This document shows, in pieces, positions 25,008 to 36,136 of a stretch of 64,000 bases of DNA. Position 1 is the stretch's first letter, and every line of letters begins with the position of its first letter. This DNA is from Moniliella sp. 'wahieum' (lineage: Eukaryota). A program made the position numbers and the translations under genes. A model generated the notes under the pieces. The model was not told the DNA's origin. It saw only the letters and a program-made list of their open reading frames with translations, and made no database searches. Location of the stretch: NCBI GenBank assembly GCA_003971905.1, contig RSEE01000001.1:1302001-1366000 (forward strand), read 5' to 3'.

Positions 25008-27778
25008 TTACTTGGGCGCCTGCAAGACCAGCTGGGTGTACGTGTCGTTGGACATGCGCAGCCGCAGCTGCCCGGCGTACGTGAGCAGCGTCCGCGCCTT
25101 GGTCCGCAGGTCCGCTGCCGACTGGGTGCGCGTGGGGTCTGAGTACAGCGATCCCTGTAGCGCCCCACAGCTTGGACAGGATGGTCATCGTCATCAGCAG
25201 CAGGTCCGACAGGTTGCGCGACAGGGCCGTGTCCACCGACTTCCACTCGTCCGCCTTGCGCGTCACTGTCATCACGTCCGCCTTGAGCGGGATCAGCTCC
25301 GTGCTCTCAATCGTTGCCAGCGCCGACGCCAGCTCGTTGGCATAGTACGCCCCCACCGCCTGCTTCAGCTCCAGCAACAGCCGCAGCGTCTCCCTCCGCT
25401 GCGGACTGATTTTACGCAGCACATGTGCCTTGCTCTCGTACGAGCCAGGATCTCCTGCGCCATCGTCGGCAAGTCCGTCGCCGCCTGCAACGACGTCCCG
25501 GGCGCCAATGCGCCTGTTCCTGCAGCGGCGACCGGCACATTGTCCGCGTCCATCAAATGATTGCCTAGTTCCTTGTTCAGCACCGCAATTACCTTGTCGT
25601 ACTCGCCTGCCAGGTTGAACAGCAGCACAGCATCCTTCGTTTGTCGCCCTCGCTCGGCGCCGCCGCAGCCGAGGCGACAATGGTCTTGAGGAACTTGCTC
25701 TCGTCGGGGAGTTGATGAGCTTGGAGTATTTTCAATCACGCCGTGCGACCGAGCCGTCGTTGCGCGGGTCTCCCAACAGGGCAAAGTAGTCCTTCGACTC
25801 CAACACCACTTGACGCACCATGTCGAGACACCGCTCCATCTGCTCCGATGCAACTGGCTCCTTGCAGTCACTGTTGAGGGCGACCAAGTAGACGTGCTGC
25901 AGCGCCTCGCGCGGGTCGGTCTGGATAAACGTGCGCGTGTAGCGTTGGATCAGACGCGCAAAGTCAAAGTACGTCACCCCGACCTTGTCTGGCGTTCCGG
26001 ACGCAGCCAAAACGGGAGAAGTGGTGTCCACAGAGAGGTAGTCCAGTTGCGACGCCTTGCTCGCTTGGGGCACCCGCAGCAGGCCATAGTACGTCAATGC
26101 AATGGCAAACTGCACCGCCTCCACCTGGGTTGCAGGGCGCGAGTAGAGGAACGCAATCGCGCGCTCAAATTGCCCCACCAACAGCAGTAGCTGAAAGTAG
26201 TTGTAAGGGCTGTCCCCCTTGGGATCAAAGTGTGCCTCGCCGTAGGTTGTGACGGTAGCAGCCAAGTCACCCAACGAGTAGGCATCCCGGCCGGTCACGC
26301 CGGCCTCCTCGCCCAAGCTAGCCAAGGGATTGCTGTCCGACACTGGCGGCTCGCGCACCATAACCAATTGAAGCCAAACCAATTGGTCGAGTGGACACCA
26401 GGGGAAGCGGGAATCGCTTGTGAGGTTCGAACCGCCCATCAATTTGTAAAGCGCCAACTTGAACGGGTCCCCGGCCGGCGCGGCGGGCGAGACAACACGG
26501 AAGCGACTGTTGAAGTCGGTTAAAAGGCGATCACGCATGGTCTTGGGAAGAATGCGTCGGGACTGTCGAGCCAAGTCTTGAACATTCCAACAAACGCTGA
26601 TCCGGTCTGCGTAGCGATCCCTCCACCTCCGTCGCCAGAGCCAACGCGTCTCTTCGTGGCCGGAACGGAAGGTAAAAGATATAAGCCAAATGGGCACCTT
26701 CCCATCCGCGTGGCCACCGTCTCGAGTTCCGGAGACCAATTGTTGTTGTTGGTGAGGGTGATGCGGCAGAAGGCCGCCACGCGGTGCCGCACTGTTGGTC
26801 GGCCACCCAGCTGTGCCACGGGGGGTTGCGCTGGATCGACGCGTCAATGTACGCGGAAAACATGGTTTGGAGGTACTGCATCGCACCCTGGATGATCTCT
26901 TTGCGAAGCGACAGGCCCTGCGACGAGGCAAAGTACACGCGCGGATCCGTGTACGAAGGAGCATACTCGCGCTGCGCCACCGCGCCACGCGTAAACTGGC
27001 CCCCGACCACATTGTGCTCGCGTACAATGCCCTCCACGATCTTCCATGATTCCACCAATTTCACCCCCGTTGTGCCACTGTTGCTGTCGAGAAGAGAGGC
27101 CGCGGCTTCTGCAAAGGCGTTGACCAGGGGGAAAACATCATCGCTGAGGCGCGCGTCATTCAAGCGCTGAACGACCAGTACGTAGCGCAGCATCTTGGCC
27201 TGCAATTGCAGGGAGTTGATTCCGCTGGCTGGGGCCAGGCTCTGGGACATGCCGAGCGCAGCGGTCGAGGACGACGCGGTTGGGGAGGTGAAGGAGCCAA
27301 AGTCCTCGACAATCCGGCGCTTTTGTGCATCCCAGTTGTTGCGCAGCGAGCGGTCGACAGTACGGACAAACGCATCTTGTGTCTCGCGCCGACCCTCCTC
27401 GAGGGCAGAGAGAATAACGTGCTCATGCTCGTGGCGCAGGTAGCCCGCCACGTCCGTGTCGTCGAGCGGGCGGAGGGGCTCGAATGCGTTGGCCACACGG
27501 GTGGCTTGGATGGTGTCGGCCAGCTCAGCAGCATCCACGCCACCGTTAGCAAGGAAGTAGTGGGCGCGGGTGGTGTCGGTGCCGGTGTAGCCGTCGCTGG
27601 TGCCAATGCCGGCTGGCACGGCAATCGCACGGCCGGCGAGCTTGCGGCTCTGGGTCTCGATCTGGTCCAGGCCGAGCTGGATGGTGGGCAGGTCGGAGTG
27701 GCTGTAGTGGTTGGCCAGGATCTGGGACTGCTTCATCAGCTCGCCCAGCGAGGGCGTCGGGGCCGAGGGACGCGCCAT
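25008..27778 (-). CDS. NIC96: Nucleoporin Nic96/Nup93; frameshifted
   Basis: N-terminus '[19 protein letters not shown]...[11 protein letters not shown]...[25 protein letters not shown]'. Core '[10 protein letters not shown]', '[33 protein letters not shown]', '[21 protein letters not shown]'. C-terminus '[11 protein letters not shown]'. Confidence 0.93.
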
Positions 27779-28059
27779 GGCGGAGGGAGAGGTGGAGGAG
27801 CAGAGCGATGAACGACAACATCCACCGCCGCGTGACGAGCCGCGGCCCTTGCCGTGCTGGCCATCCCGCCGTCCCTCGCTTCGGCCGCCCAAAATCGAAG
27901 AGGCGGAATTCCGGCTGCGGCCCCATTCCGCTGTTCCCGCCGCAGTACGTCAGCCGGCCCATCCATTGCGTGGCCTTGCGTGGCCGCTGGGTCCAGGCGG
28001 CCGAGGCAGGCGCGGCGGTGCGACGACGCCAGCCCCCGCCCACCACCACCACCTCAGCC

Positions 28060-28987
28060 ATGACCTCTGTTGCCCCCCCCACTGCCAAAGGCGGTTTCGA
28101 CTTCGGCAACCATGTGCGCAACATGAACCTTGCCGCTACGGCCGGCGTCAAGCTGCCCAAGGCCACCTCGACCGGCACGACGATTGTTGGGCTGGTGTAT
28201 GCCGACGGTGTCGTTCTGGGGGCCGACACGCGTGCCACGCAGGGCCCCATTGTGGGCGACAAGAACTGCGAGAAGATTCACTACTTGACCGAGAGCATTC
28301 GCTGCTGCGGTGCTGGTACGGCTGCCGACACGGAGTTTGTCACCCAGCTGATTTCATCCAACATGCAGCTCCATGAGCTGGCCACCGGCCGCAAAGGACG
28401 CGTGGTGACCGCCATGACGATGCTCAAGCAGCGTCTCTTCCAGTACCAGGGCCACATTGGTGCCGCTCTGGTGCTAGGCGGGGTGGACGCGTCGGGGCCC
28501 AACCTGTTTACTGTCGCCCCTCATGGCTCGACTGACAAGCTCCCGTACGTGACGATGGGCTCGGGCTCGTTGGCAGCCATGGCTGTCTTTGAGGGCGGCT
28601 GGAAGCCCAACATGGACGTGAGTACCCCTCTTCTGTGTGTGTGTGCATTGGCATTGGACCTTTCCGCTGACAGATATCGCTGGATTGCAGCGCCAATCGG
28701 CCATCGATCTGGTTTGTGCGGCCATTGAGTCCGGTATCTTTAACGATTTGGGCTCGGGATCCAACGTAGACGTGTGCGTGATCACAAAGGACAAGACGGA
28801 CTACCTGCGCAACTACCGCCGCCCCAACGAGCGCGCCGTCAAGGAGGAGACGTACACGTTCCCCAAGGGCACCACGGCGTATTCCAAGGAGCGCATCTGG
28901 GACCTGGTGGTCAAGGAGGACCACATTGACATTCTTGTGCCCGAGACGGAGACCGCCGCGGGCGAGGAAAGGATGGACACGTCCTAG
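28060..28987 (+). CDS. PUP1: 20S proteasome subunit beta-2 (trypsin-like); intron 28618-28690
   Basis: Propeptide '[10 protein letters not shown]...KATSTG', then catalytic Thr in 'TTIVG...[22 protein letters not shown]', '[21 protein letters not shown]' and '[17 protein letters not shown]'. Confidence 0.97.
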
Positions 28988-29553
28988 TCTTGTATATTGC
29001 ATGCCATGAAAGTATACTGTGTACCCGCCGCCGTGCCTGGTTTGTGTCCTACAGATTCATACAACATGAATGCGATGGGCGTCCCCCATCTGCCTTTCGG
29101 ATCGAAGTGTGGCCATGGTGTTGGGGGGCGGAAGTGTCATGGTGTGCCGCACAGGCCAAAGCGGCCTGGCCAGAGTCGAAAGGATGGGCCGTAGAAGATG
29201 GTGGCCACACAGATTGCACGTTTCAATTCGTGCTTGGCCGCTGCACTTGCCCCACCCATGGGCGGGCAGATTAGAAGATGCTTGGCCGCGACAGGGTGGA
29301 GAGGCAGCAGAGGGGCAGTGTTCAGGTGCGCAGCGAGCTGCCCACCCGACCCTTTGCTGCCCTTCCGCCCGGGAGCAAGTACCACGAGCAACACATTGAC
29401 CCAACACACACCGCGAATCTACCTCTTGCCCCACTGCCCAGACTACCTCCATCAACTCAGTCCCCCTCTCCACACTTCCACTTCTCTGCACAGTCCAATC
29501 CTCACGCCCCCCTGCCCTCCAGCCAACCCCTGCCCCAGTCTCGCCTGAAGCAT

Positions 29554-30789
29554 ATGAAATTCAACGCCGCCGCCGCCCTGGCCGCCGTCGTTTCGGCCAC
29601 CGGCACCGTGGCAGCCATCGTTGCACCGCGCAACAGGCTCGCCATCGCGCCCCTTAGTGCCCGTGCTTCGTCCTGCAATGGAGACGCTTCGCTCTGCGCC
29701 AAAAAATACTCCAACGTGACCTTTGTGGGTGCACACAACTCGTATGCGATATCTGACGGCAATGGTACGCACTCCTTCTTAATCTCGTTGTGTTCTTTTC
29801 AGGCACGCATCAGTAGAGACGCAGGCCATTTCTCGCTAACGGCTTTTTTGTAACGGTCTCGTTCTCTCCTCTCTGGAACAGCTGCTGCGGAGCAGACTTG
29901 GAACGTCACCCAGCAATTGGATGCGGGTGTGCGCATGCTCCAAGCCCAAACCCACATGTCAAATTCGTCGTCGGGAAGCGGGATCGAACTGTGCCACACA
30001 TCCTGCTCGCTCCTGGACGGGGGCACGCTGGAGGCGTGGCTGGGTCAAGTCAAGTCGTGGGCAGATGCTAATCCCAAAGAGGTGCTGAGCCTCTTGTTGG
30101 TGAATGAGTATAACATTAGCCCTTCCAAATTTGCCACTGCCTTCAACACTTCGGGCCTGTCATCCATGGTGTTCCAACCGTCGGGGGCAATGAGCTCAAA
30201 GGACGACTGGCCCACTCTCTCATCAATGATTGACTCGACCAAACGAATTGTCACGTATCTCTCTGCCGGTGCCGACGATTCGGTCCCATGGCTGCTAGCT
30301 GAATTTTCGTACATGTGGGAAACCCCCTACGACCAAACATCGCTCCCATTCAACTGTTCTATCGACCGCAAGGGGAGCGGGTCGACCACAAGCGACCAAA
30401 TGTACCTCGTCAATCACTACAAGGACCAGAACATCGTCGGCCTCGTCGCCCCGGACAAGTCCAGTGCTGCATCGGTCAATGCACAAGATGCGGTCCTGCA
30501 AAATGCCGACTCGTGTGCTGGCGGGGCAGGTGCCGGAGCGTACCCCAACTTTATTTTGGTGGACTTGGGGACAGGGCAATTCTTCTTCGCCTTGGACTGG
30601 TCCCTTTTCCGCAGCGGCCAAGATGAACGGCATCTCGTACTCGGCACCTTCGGTTGCCAACTCTACCGGCTCTTCTAGTAGTGGATCGTCGCAGTCGCCC
30701 CACTCGTCGGGGTCGCGACGTGTGTGGCCCCTCCGGTTTTGGTGGGCATTATGGGTGCAGCGTTGTGGGCTGGGACGAGCCTGCTGTAA
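29554..30789 (+). CDS. Secreted, probably GPI-anchored PLC-like phosphodiesterase (PI-PLC X-domain-like); intron 29765-29881; frameshifts near the 3' end
   Basis: Signal peptide MKFNAAAALAAVV. 'CNGDASLCAKKYSNVTFVGAHNSY', 'QQLDAGVRMLQAQTH', 'LCHTSCSLLDGGTLE', 'EFSYMWETPYD', 'YPNFILVD'. Ser-rich tail and hydrophobic C-terminus (..VLVGIMGAALWAGTSLL). Confidence 0.85.
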
Positions 30790-31605
30790 TTTCGCACCCA
30801 TGGACGATGATCGATGATCCACTGGTATACATGGTGGACACAAGACTGGAGGTGCTCTTTCTGGACTATCACGGCCGTTGCAAAAAACCCATTCATTGTT
30901 GTGGGTTGTGTGCCATGCGCATTGAAGCACGTGGCTCCCATTTTATTAACAGACTCTCTCTCTCCCTCTCTCTCTGTCATTGCATTCTTGTACTCTGGCC
31001 TGGACTTGTGTACAACGCACCGGCCACACTCCTACTGCGTTGGCAGCATGCCTGGAAAGCATAACGGTGCGTGCTGGGAGCGGTGCCATCGTAGGATCCA
31101 AATAGCAAATCGAGCCACGCATGCCCGAAGAGACCGCGGGCAGACGGCTGCCATATCATCTCACTGGTTCCCCCGGTGTGCTGATGGGCTGGTGGCTGCT
31201 CGCGTTGGGTGCGGTGGGATGGCTGATGCGTCGACGCGGCGACGGGCGCCCAGGCAGCAATGGGCTCAGGCTGGCTCACGCTACCCCCCCACTCGCCCAT
31301 CGCTACTTCGATGCCACACTCTGGCGGCAGGTTGGAACGATTAATGGCGACGCACTGAATTGCCCCCCCGCCACTGCGCCAGTACGCAGTAGACGGATGC
31401 GCCGGTGGGCCGTCTTACGTCATTCCCCGTGGCGCGCACGCGCCAGTTGGCCATTTGCCCACTCTGGCCCCATCAGACCGCAGGAGGCGCCCCCCACACC
31501 GACTACAGTCACTAGTCACTTCCATCCTCCTGGCACATCCAAACACGCCCCAGCCACAACTTCTCCCCGCCACTGCCGCCGCCACCACTCACACCTCCTA
31601 CCTCA

Positions 31606-33469
31606 ATGATGGCCACGTGGGACGGCGACCCTTGGGACGTCGAATCGGATGATGATGAGTTTGCGTACCAGGCCGTCGCACCCTTCGCCTCTCCTCCCGC
31701 CGCCCCTGTCTCGCATGAGTCCCTGTCCGGCAGTGGCATTTGTCTGTCCTCCGCAAGTCCCACCCCGCCGCCGCTTCACGCCCCCCTCTTCCCCGAGCGC
31801 CGTCGAGCACAGGAGGATCCACCTACAAGGAGGCGCGCAAGGCGGCCGATGCCGCGCTGGCCGCCCCAACATGGCTGACACCCTCTCGGCCCAACTTCCG
31901 CATATGCGACCCCATCCTTCCGGCTGGCTCCCCGCAGAGCCCCTGAGCCAGCCTCCCACTCCGCTCCCCATCCGGACAGAGGCGAGCCTGGATGCCGATC
32001 TGGGCTACTCACCTCATCCTTCGCTCCCAGCAACCGAAGGCGAAGTATTGGCCTCCTCTGTTATCCCCCAGGTGGAACAACTCAGTCAAGGTGCGTAGTT
32101 GGCTTCCTTCCTGGGAGCGACCATACTGACCCGATGCTCGATGGAAAGACCCCACGTTGTACATTGATCGTATCGCCCGGACTTGGACAACAGGCATTGA
32201 TGTGTTGGGAACCAGCCCCAGCCTCGTCTCCAGCCAGCCTGGGACCCCAATCCATGAACGCAACGTCTCCCTTGGAACGTTGGCACCCGCCGAGGCAAGT
32301 ATGTCGGGTGCTTCTATGACCGGCATCAGTTCTCGACCCAGGTTGCGGCGCGTGCCCAGCTCGCGCTCCAATCGGCGTGCGAGGGAGTTCCTCGCGTGCC
32401 TCACGTCCGAAGAGATCGACATGGCACGCCTTCGCGAGCTATCCTGGAATGGGGTGCCCGATCAGCTTCGCCCCGTTGTATGGCCGCTGTTGCTTGGATA
32501 TCCCCCGGACCGAACTCAATGGCCCGACACGCTCGCGGAAAAGCGCAGAGAGTACCACGACTTGGTTCGCTCTGCGTTTGCTGAGGGAACCGATGGACTG
32601 GATCCCGCCACGTGGCGACAGATCTTCATTGACGTGCCCCGCACCAACCCGAGCCGCCCGTTATGGCAACGCGCCTCCACGCAACGTTCATTGGAACGGA
32701 TTTTGTACGTTTGGTCGATCCGACACCCTTCCTGCGGCTACGTGCAGGGCATCAACGACCTGGCCACTCCCTTTTTTGAAGTCTTTTTGGCTGGCTACCT
32801 CGCTCCATCGAGGCAAGCCAGTTTGATCCCTCCGTCTTACCAGCTTCGGTGGTGGAGGCGCTGGAGGCGGATACGTTCTGGTGCATGGGCGAGCTGCTTT
32901 CGGGGATCCTGGATAACTACGCGCCTGGGCAACCAGGCATCCATCGCCAGGTGCGCCAAATGCAAGCGCTCGAGGCAAGGATTGACCCTGTGCTGGATGC
33001 CCACCTGACGCAAGAGGGAGTGGAGTACATGCAGTTTTCGTTTCGATGGGTGAACTGCTTGTTGATGCGGGAAATGGCGGTGCCTTCGATCGTGCGACTG
33101 TGGGACACGTACATGGCCCAGGGACCGGACGCCTTTTCCGACTTCCACCTCTACGTCTGCGCTGTCTTTTTGCACCGCTGGGCAGAGAAACTGAAGCAGA
33201 TGGAGTTTCAAGATATCATCATCCACCTTCAGTCCCTGCCTACCCAGGACTGGTCTGACAAGGACGCCGAAATGTTGCTGAGCGAAGCGTTCATGTACGT
33301 CCTTCCCCCCCCCTCCTCTCCCCCTGCCTTCCCTGGTTGACTGGATCGAATAATTGACGTGGCTCGATGTGGCTCCCTTTTATTTTCTTGTCTTACTTTG
33401 ATTGGATCCTCCCCCCGCTGGCGTAGGTACAAGTCATTGTTTGGAAATACCGCACACCTGCACACTTAA
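31606..33469 (+). CDS. GYP1: TBC-domain Rab GTPase-activating protein (Gyp1/TBC1D22); introns ~32091-32148 and ~33295-33427
   Basis: 'LRELSWNGVPDQLRPVVWPLLLGY', R-finger 'QIFIDVPRTNP', Q-finger 'WSIRHPSCGYVQGINDLATPF', 'EADTFWC', 'QFSFRWVNCLLMRE', 'FQDIIIHLQSLPTQDW'. Confidence 0.93.
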
Positions 33470-33610
33470 TCCATTACCTTCGAAGGCTGTCCGAAGAATC
33501 CCTATAGCGCGCGCTGCACCTGTGCCTGTACAGAGTAAGGATGCGAGAACACACATACAACATAGCATTATGGTCGGGCACATGCCCATCACGATGCATG
33601 TCATGGTACA

Positions 33611-34372
33611 TCATTCCTGTTCCTGTTCTCGGTCCGTATCAGACGATGAGTCTGTGAAATCACTTGGAAAGGGCAATGGTGGCAACGGTTCTATAAGGCC
33701 ACTCCGTCTCTTGGGCAGCAGCGCACTAAACATGGTCACCGTGACGACCTGGCTGAGCATGGCGCCCTTGATCCGGCCAAGGGGCAAGCGCACAGCCATT
33801 TCGACTTCACCCTCGGGGTGCTCATCGTGCACAAACCCAGCCGAGAGCTCCATTAACGTCATTTTTCCATCGGTCAGGGTAGCTGGGTCGATAAAGGTGA
33901 GGTCCGTTTGATATCGGTACGGACCCCTTTCGTTGTTGGAAGCCTTCACCATCTCCACCATGTGCTCGCGTATGGAAGACGTGAATGGAGGAACGGTGGC
34001 GTGAGGCGCAGCGAGCAAGTCGGGCGGTATGTACCGGTCAAAGTAGCCGGTCGTGGTGAATATGTCGCCAACTTCATCCTCAATGTCTCCGTTCTCGATG
34101 ATGGTCAGGATATGGTGCCGCTGCTCGGGCGTAACAGGGACGGTGAAGATGACCAGGGATATGTAATTGTGCTTGTCGGGGTTAAAGGACGAAGCATCAA
34201 TAGGATGCGGGTTGTTGGAGACGATGTACAGGCCGTCCTCGCCGCCGTCATGAGCGGGCATTACGCTTTCGTACGATTCACGCACAACGCCATTTCCCAC
34301 GTCGACGCGCCGGAAAGTGTGGTCGGGCGCGCCGTTTGCTGCGGCGCGGTACTCGACGGTTTCGGTGGTCAT
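33611..34372 (-). CDS. Hypothetical protein, 253 aa, intronless
   Basis: Uninterrupted ORF with globular-looking composition, ATG in a GCCCC-ATG context, pyrimidine-rich leader and TATAA upstream (~34497-34501). No family confidently recognised. Confidence 0.7.
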   Translation of the reverse strand: MTTETVEYRAAANGAPDHTFRRVDVGNGVVRESYESVMPAHDGGEDGLYIVSNNPHPIDASSFNPDKHNYISLVIFTVPVTPEQRHHILTIIENGDIEDEVGDIFTTTGYFDRYIPPDLLAAPHATVPPFTSSIREHMVEMVKASNNERGPYRYQTDLTFIDPATLTDGKMTLMELSAGFVHDEHPEGEVEMAVRLPLGRIKGAMLSQVVTVTMFSALLPKRRSGLIEPLPPLPFPSDFTDSSSDTDREQEQE

Positions 34373-35991
34373 GGGGCGGTGTGTATGTGCTGGCGGCAGT
34401 AGAACGGAACAGAGCTGATGGCGGGGACCGAGAGAGGGCAGAGGCTGCGTCCCTGTGGAAGGTGGTGGGACACAGGGGAGAAGTTGTGGAGCGCATTATA
34501 AGTTGTGTGGAACAAATGCAGGCGCAGATACACGCGCGAACCTGTGAGGAGTTGGGTGAGAGGACCCTCAAAAACCTTTTGTAGCGATAACGTACGGTCA
34601 ATAATGCATAATGGGGGAGAGGGTCCGAAGGCCATTAGCATATCAGCCCCTTTGAGCCGCGGCTATTTTGGTTTGGTCCTCGCTCCCGAGGAAACCACAG
34701 AGCGTCCGCTCCCGGGTTAGACCCACATCGCTCCGACTCCGGCCTGATCAGCTGATTTCCCAGGTCCAAAGTATGCTTAGTACCCTCACGCCCGCGGACT
34801 CTGTGAAGAGTGATCATAGTGTATGCGGGTTTAACGTTTAGCGCTAGCTTAGCGCTTAGCCACATGGAGATCTGCGAGAGACCAGTATAGTTCCTGTAGC
34901 TTTTGCCACAGCCGGGGCTAAGGCGAGGGAAACCAAAATCGGGACTAGGCCAAGGGGTGTAGCAATCGTTCGTGGGGAAGAAGCAAGAGCAGAGGACATG
35001 GTGCGAAGTGGAAGGAACAGGGAAGGAGCGAGACGCTCGAGACGAAGAAATTGGAAATGGAAGAGCTCTCCTGCTTGCTACTAAATACGACCAGTTGATC
35101 AACGTTCAACACGTTCAACGCCCATTTTACTGATGCCCTATGCTACTGTCCTATACGTTTCAAGCTTCACCGCGCTCAGCATCGGATGTGGTCTCTGTGA
35201 CCGGGTGGATCAGGCTAGGGATCAGGCCTAAGCCTCAGGTCAACCACTGGATCTCGATCAGGACGTGGCTGCATTCTGCCCTGCGCGACAGGAGGCTTCA
35301 CTTGAAGCTTCACCTGAACGTTGAATTCAACGTTCAATTGCGAACGTAACAAAACCCGGCGGAACAAAGCCTCAAGGTGGAATTTGAAAGGGCACTTTGG
35401 CTCTGCGACAAGGGCAGCAACAAGTGGCTCAACAACACCACTTGTGCCACGGCTTCGCCTCGACTACATTAGGATGCCCCACGTTATGGGCGACAGGCGC
35501 AGCACTTTATCTTGGTCGTCGGGTGGTGACATGTGACATGTGGTTTGAAGAGCATACGGCGCTCTTTAGTCGCATGTCACAGCGAGAAGCTTAGCTGCTG
35601 AGATAATGACAAGCGGAGATGGATGTGCGAGGTTTGGTTGGCCAGCCTGTGCGAACGCCAAGCAAACGCGCAGCAAACGCTCGGTGTGTGATACGCATCG
35701 GCGCGTCCTGTCCCAGCACTGCAACGGCGCCCGCCATCAGCGCACCAGTACCAAGCTCGAGGCAGCCTCCACCCCCCGATCTGCACCGGCGATATCTGCG
35801 CTCCTTATACCTCAGCGCAGTCAGTTCCGCGGTGCCAAGGTTTTGGGCTGCTATTGGACGTCAGATTCAGATTTGAGGCCTGGCAGTGGGAACACTCCCC
35901 CCGCGCCCGCTTCCACACCATGCCCGACTTGCCAGTGGGGCGAAGGGTAGCAGGGGATAGCTGGATACGCTGGACCCACAAACGCCCTCCG

Positions 35992-36000
35992 TATAAAAAG
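35992..36000 (+). promoter_or_regulatory. TATA box of the DAK gene
   Basis: TATAAAAAG ~140 nt upstream of the ATG in an otherwise GC-rich promoter. Confidence 0.6.
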
Positions 36001-36136
36001 TGCCAGCCGAGCTATATGCGTTTCACTTTGGCAGCCGTGGATAGCATCGAAAAATCTAGGTGCTGTGCTGCTGAACGCACTGAACCTCCTGTGTTTTCTT
36101 TTCACGCCTACCAACTCTCACACCTCAACCTCGACC

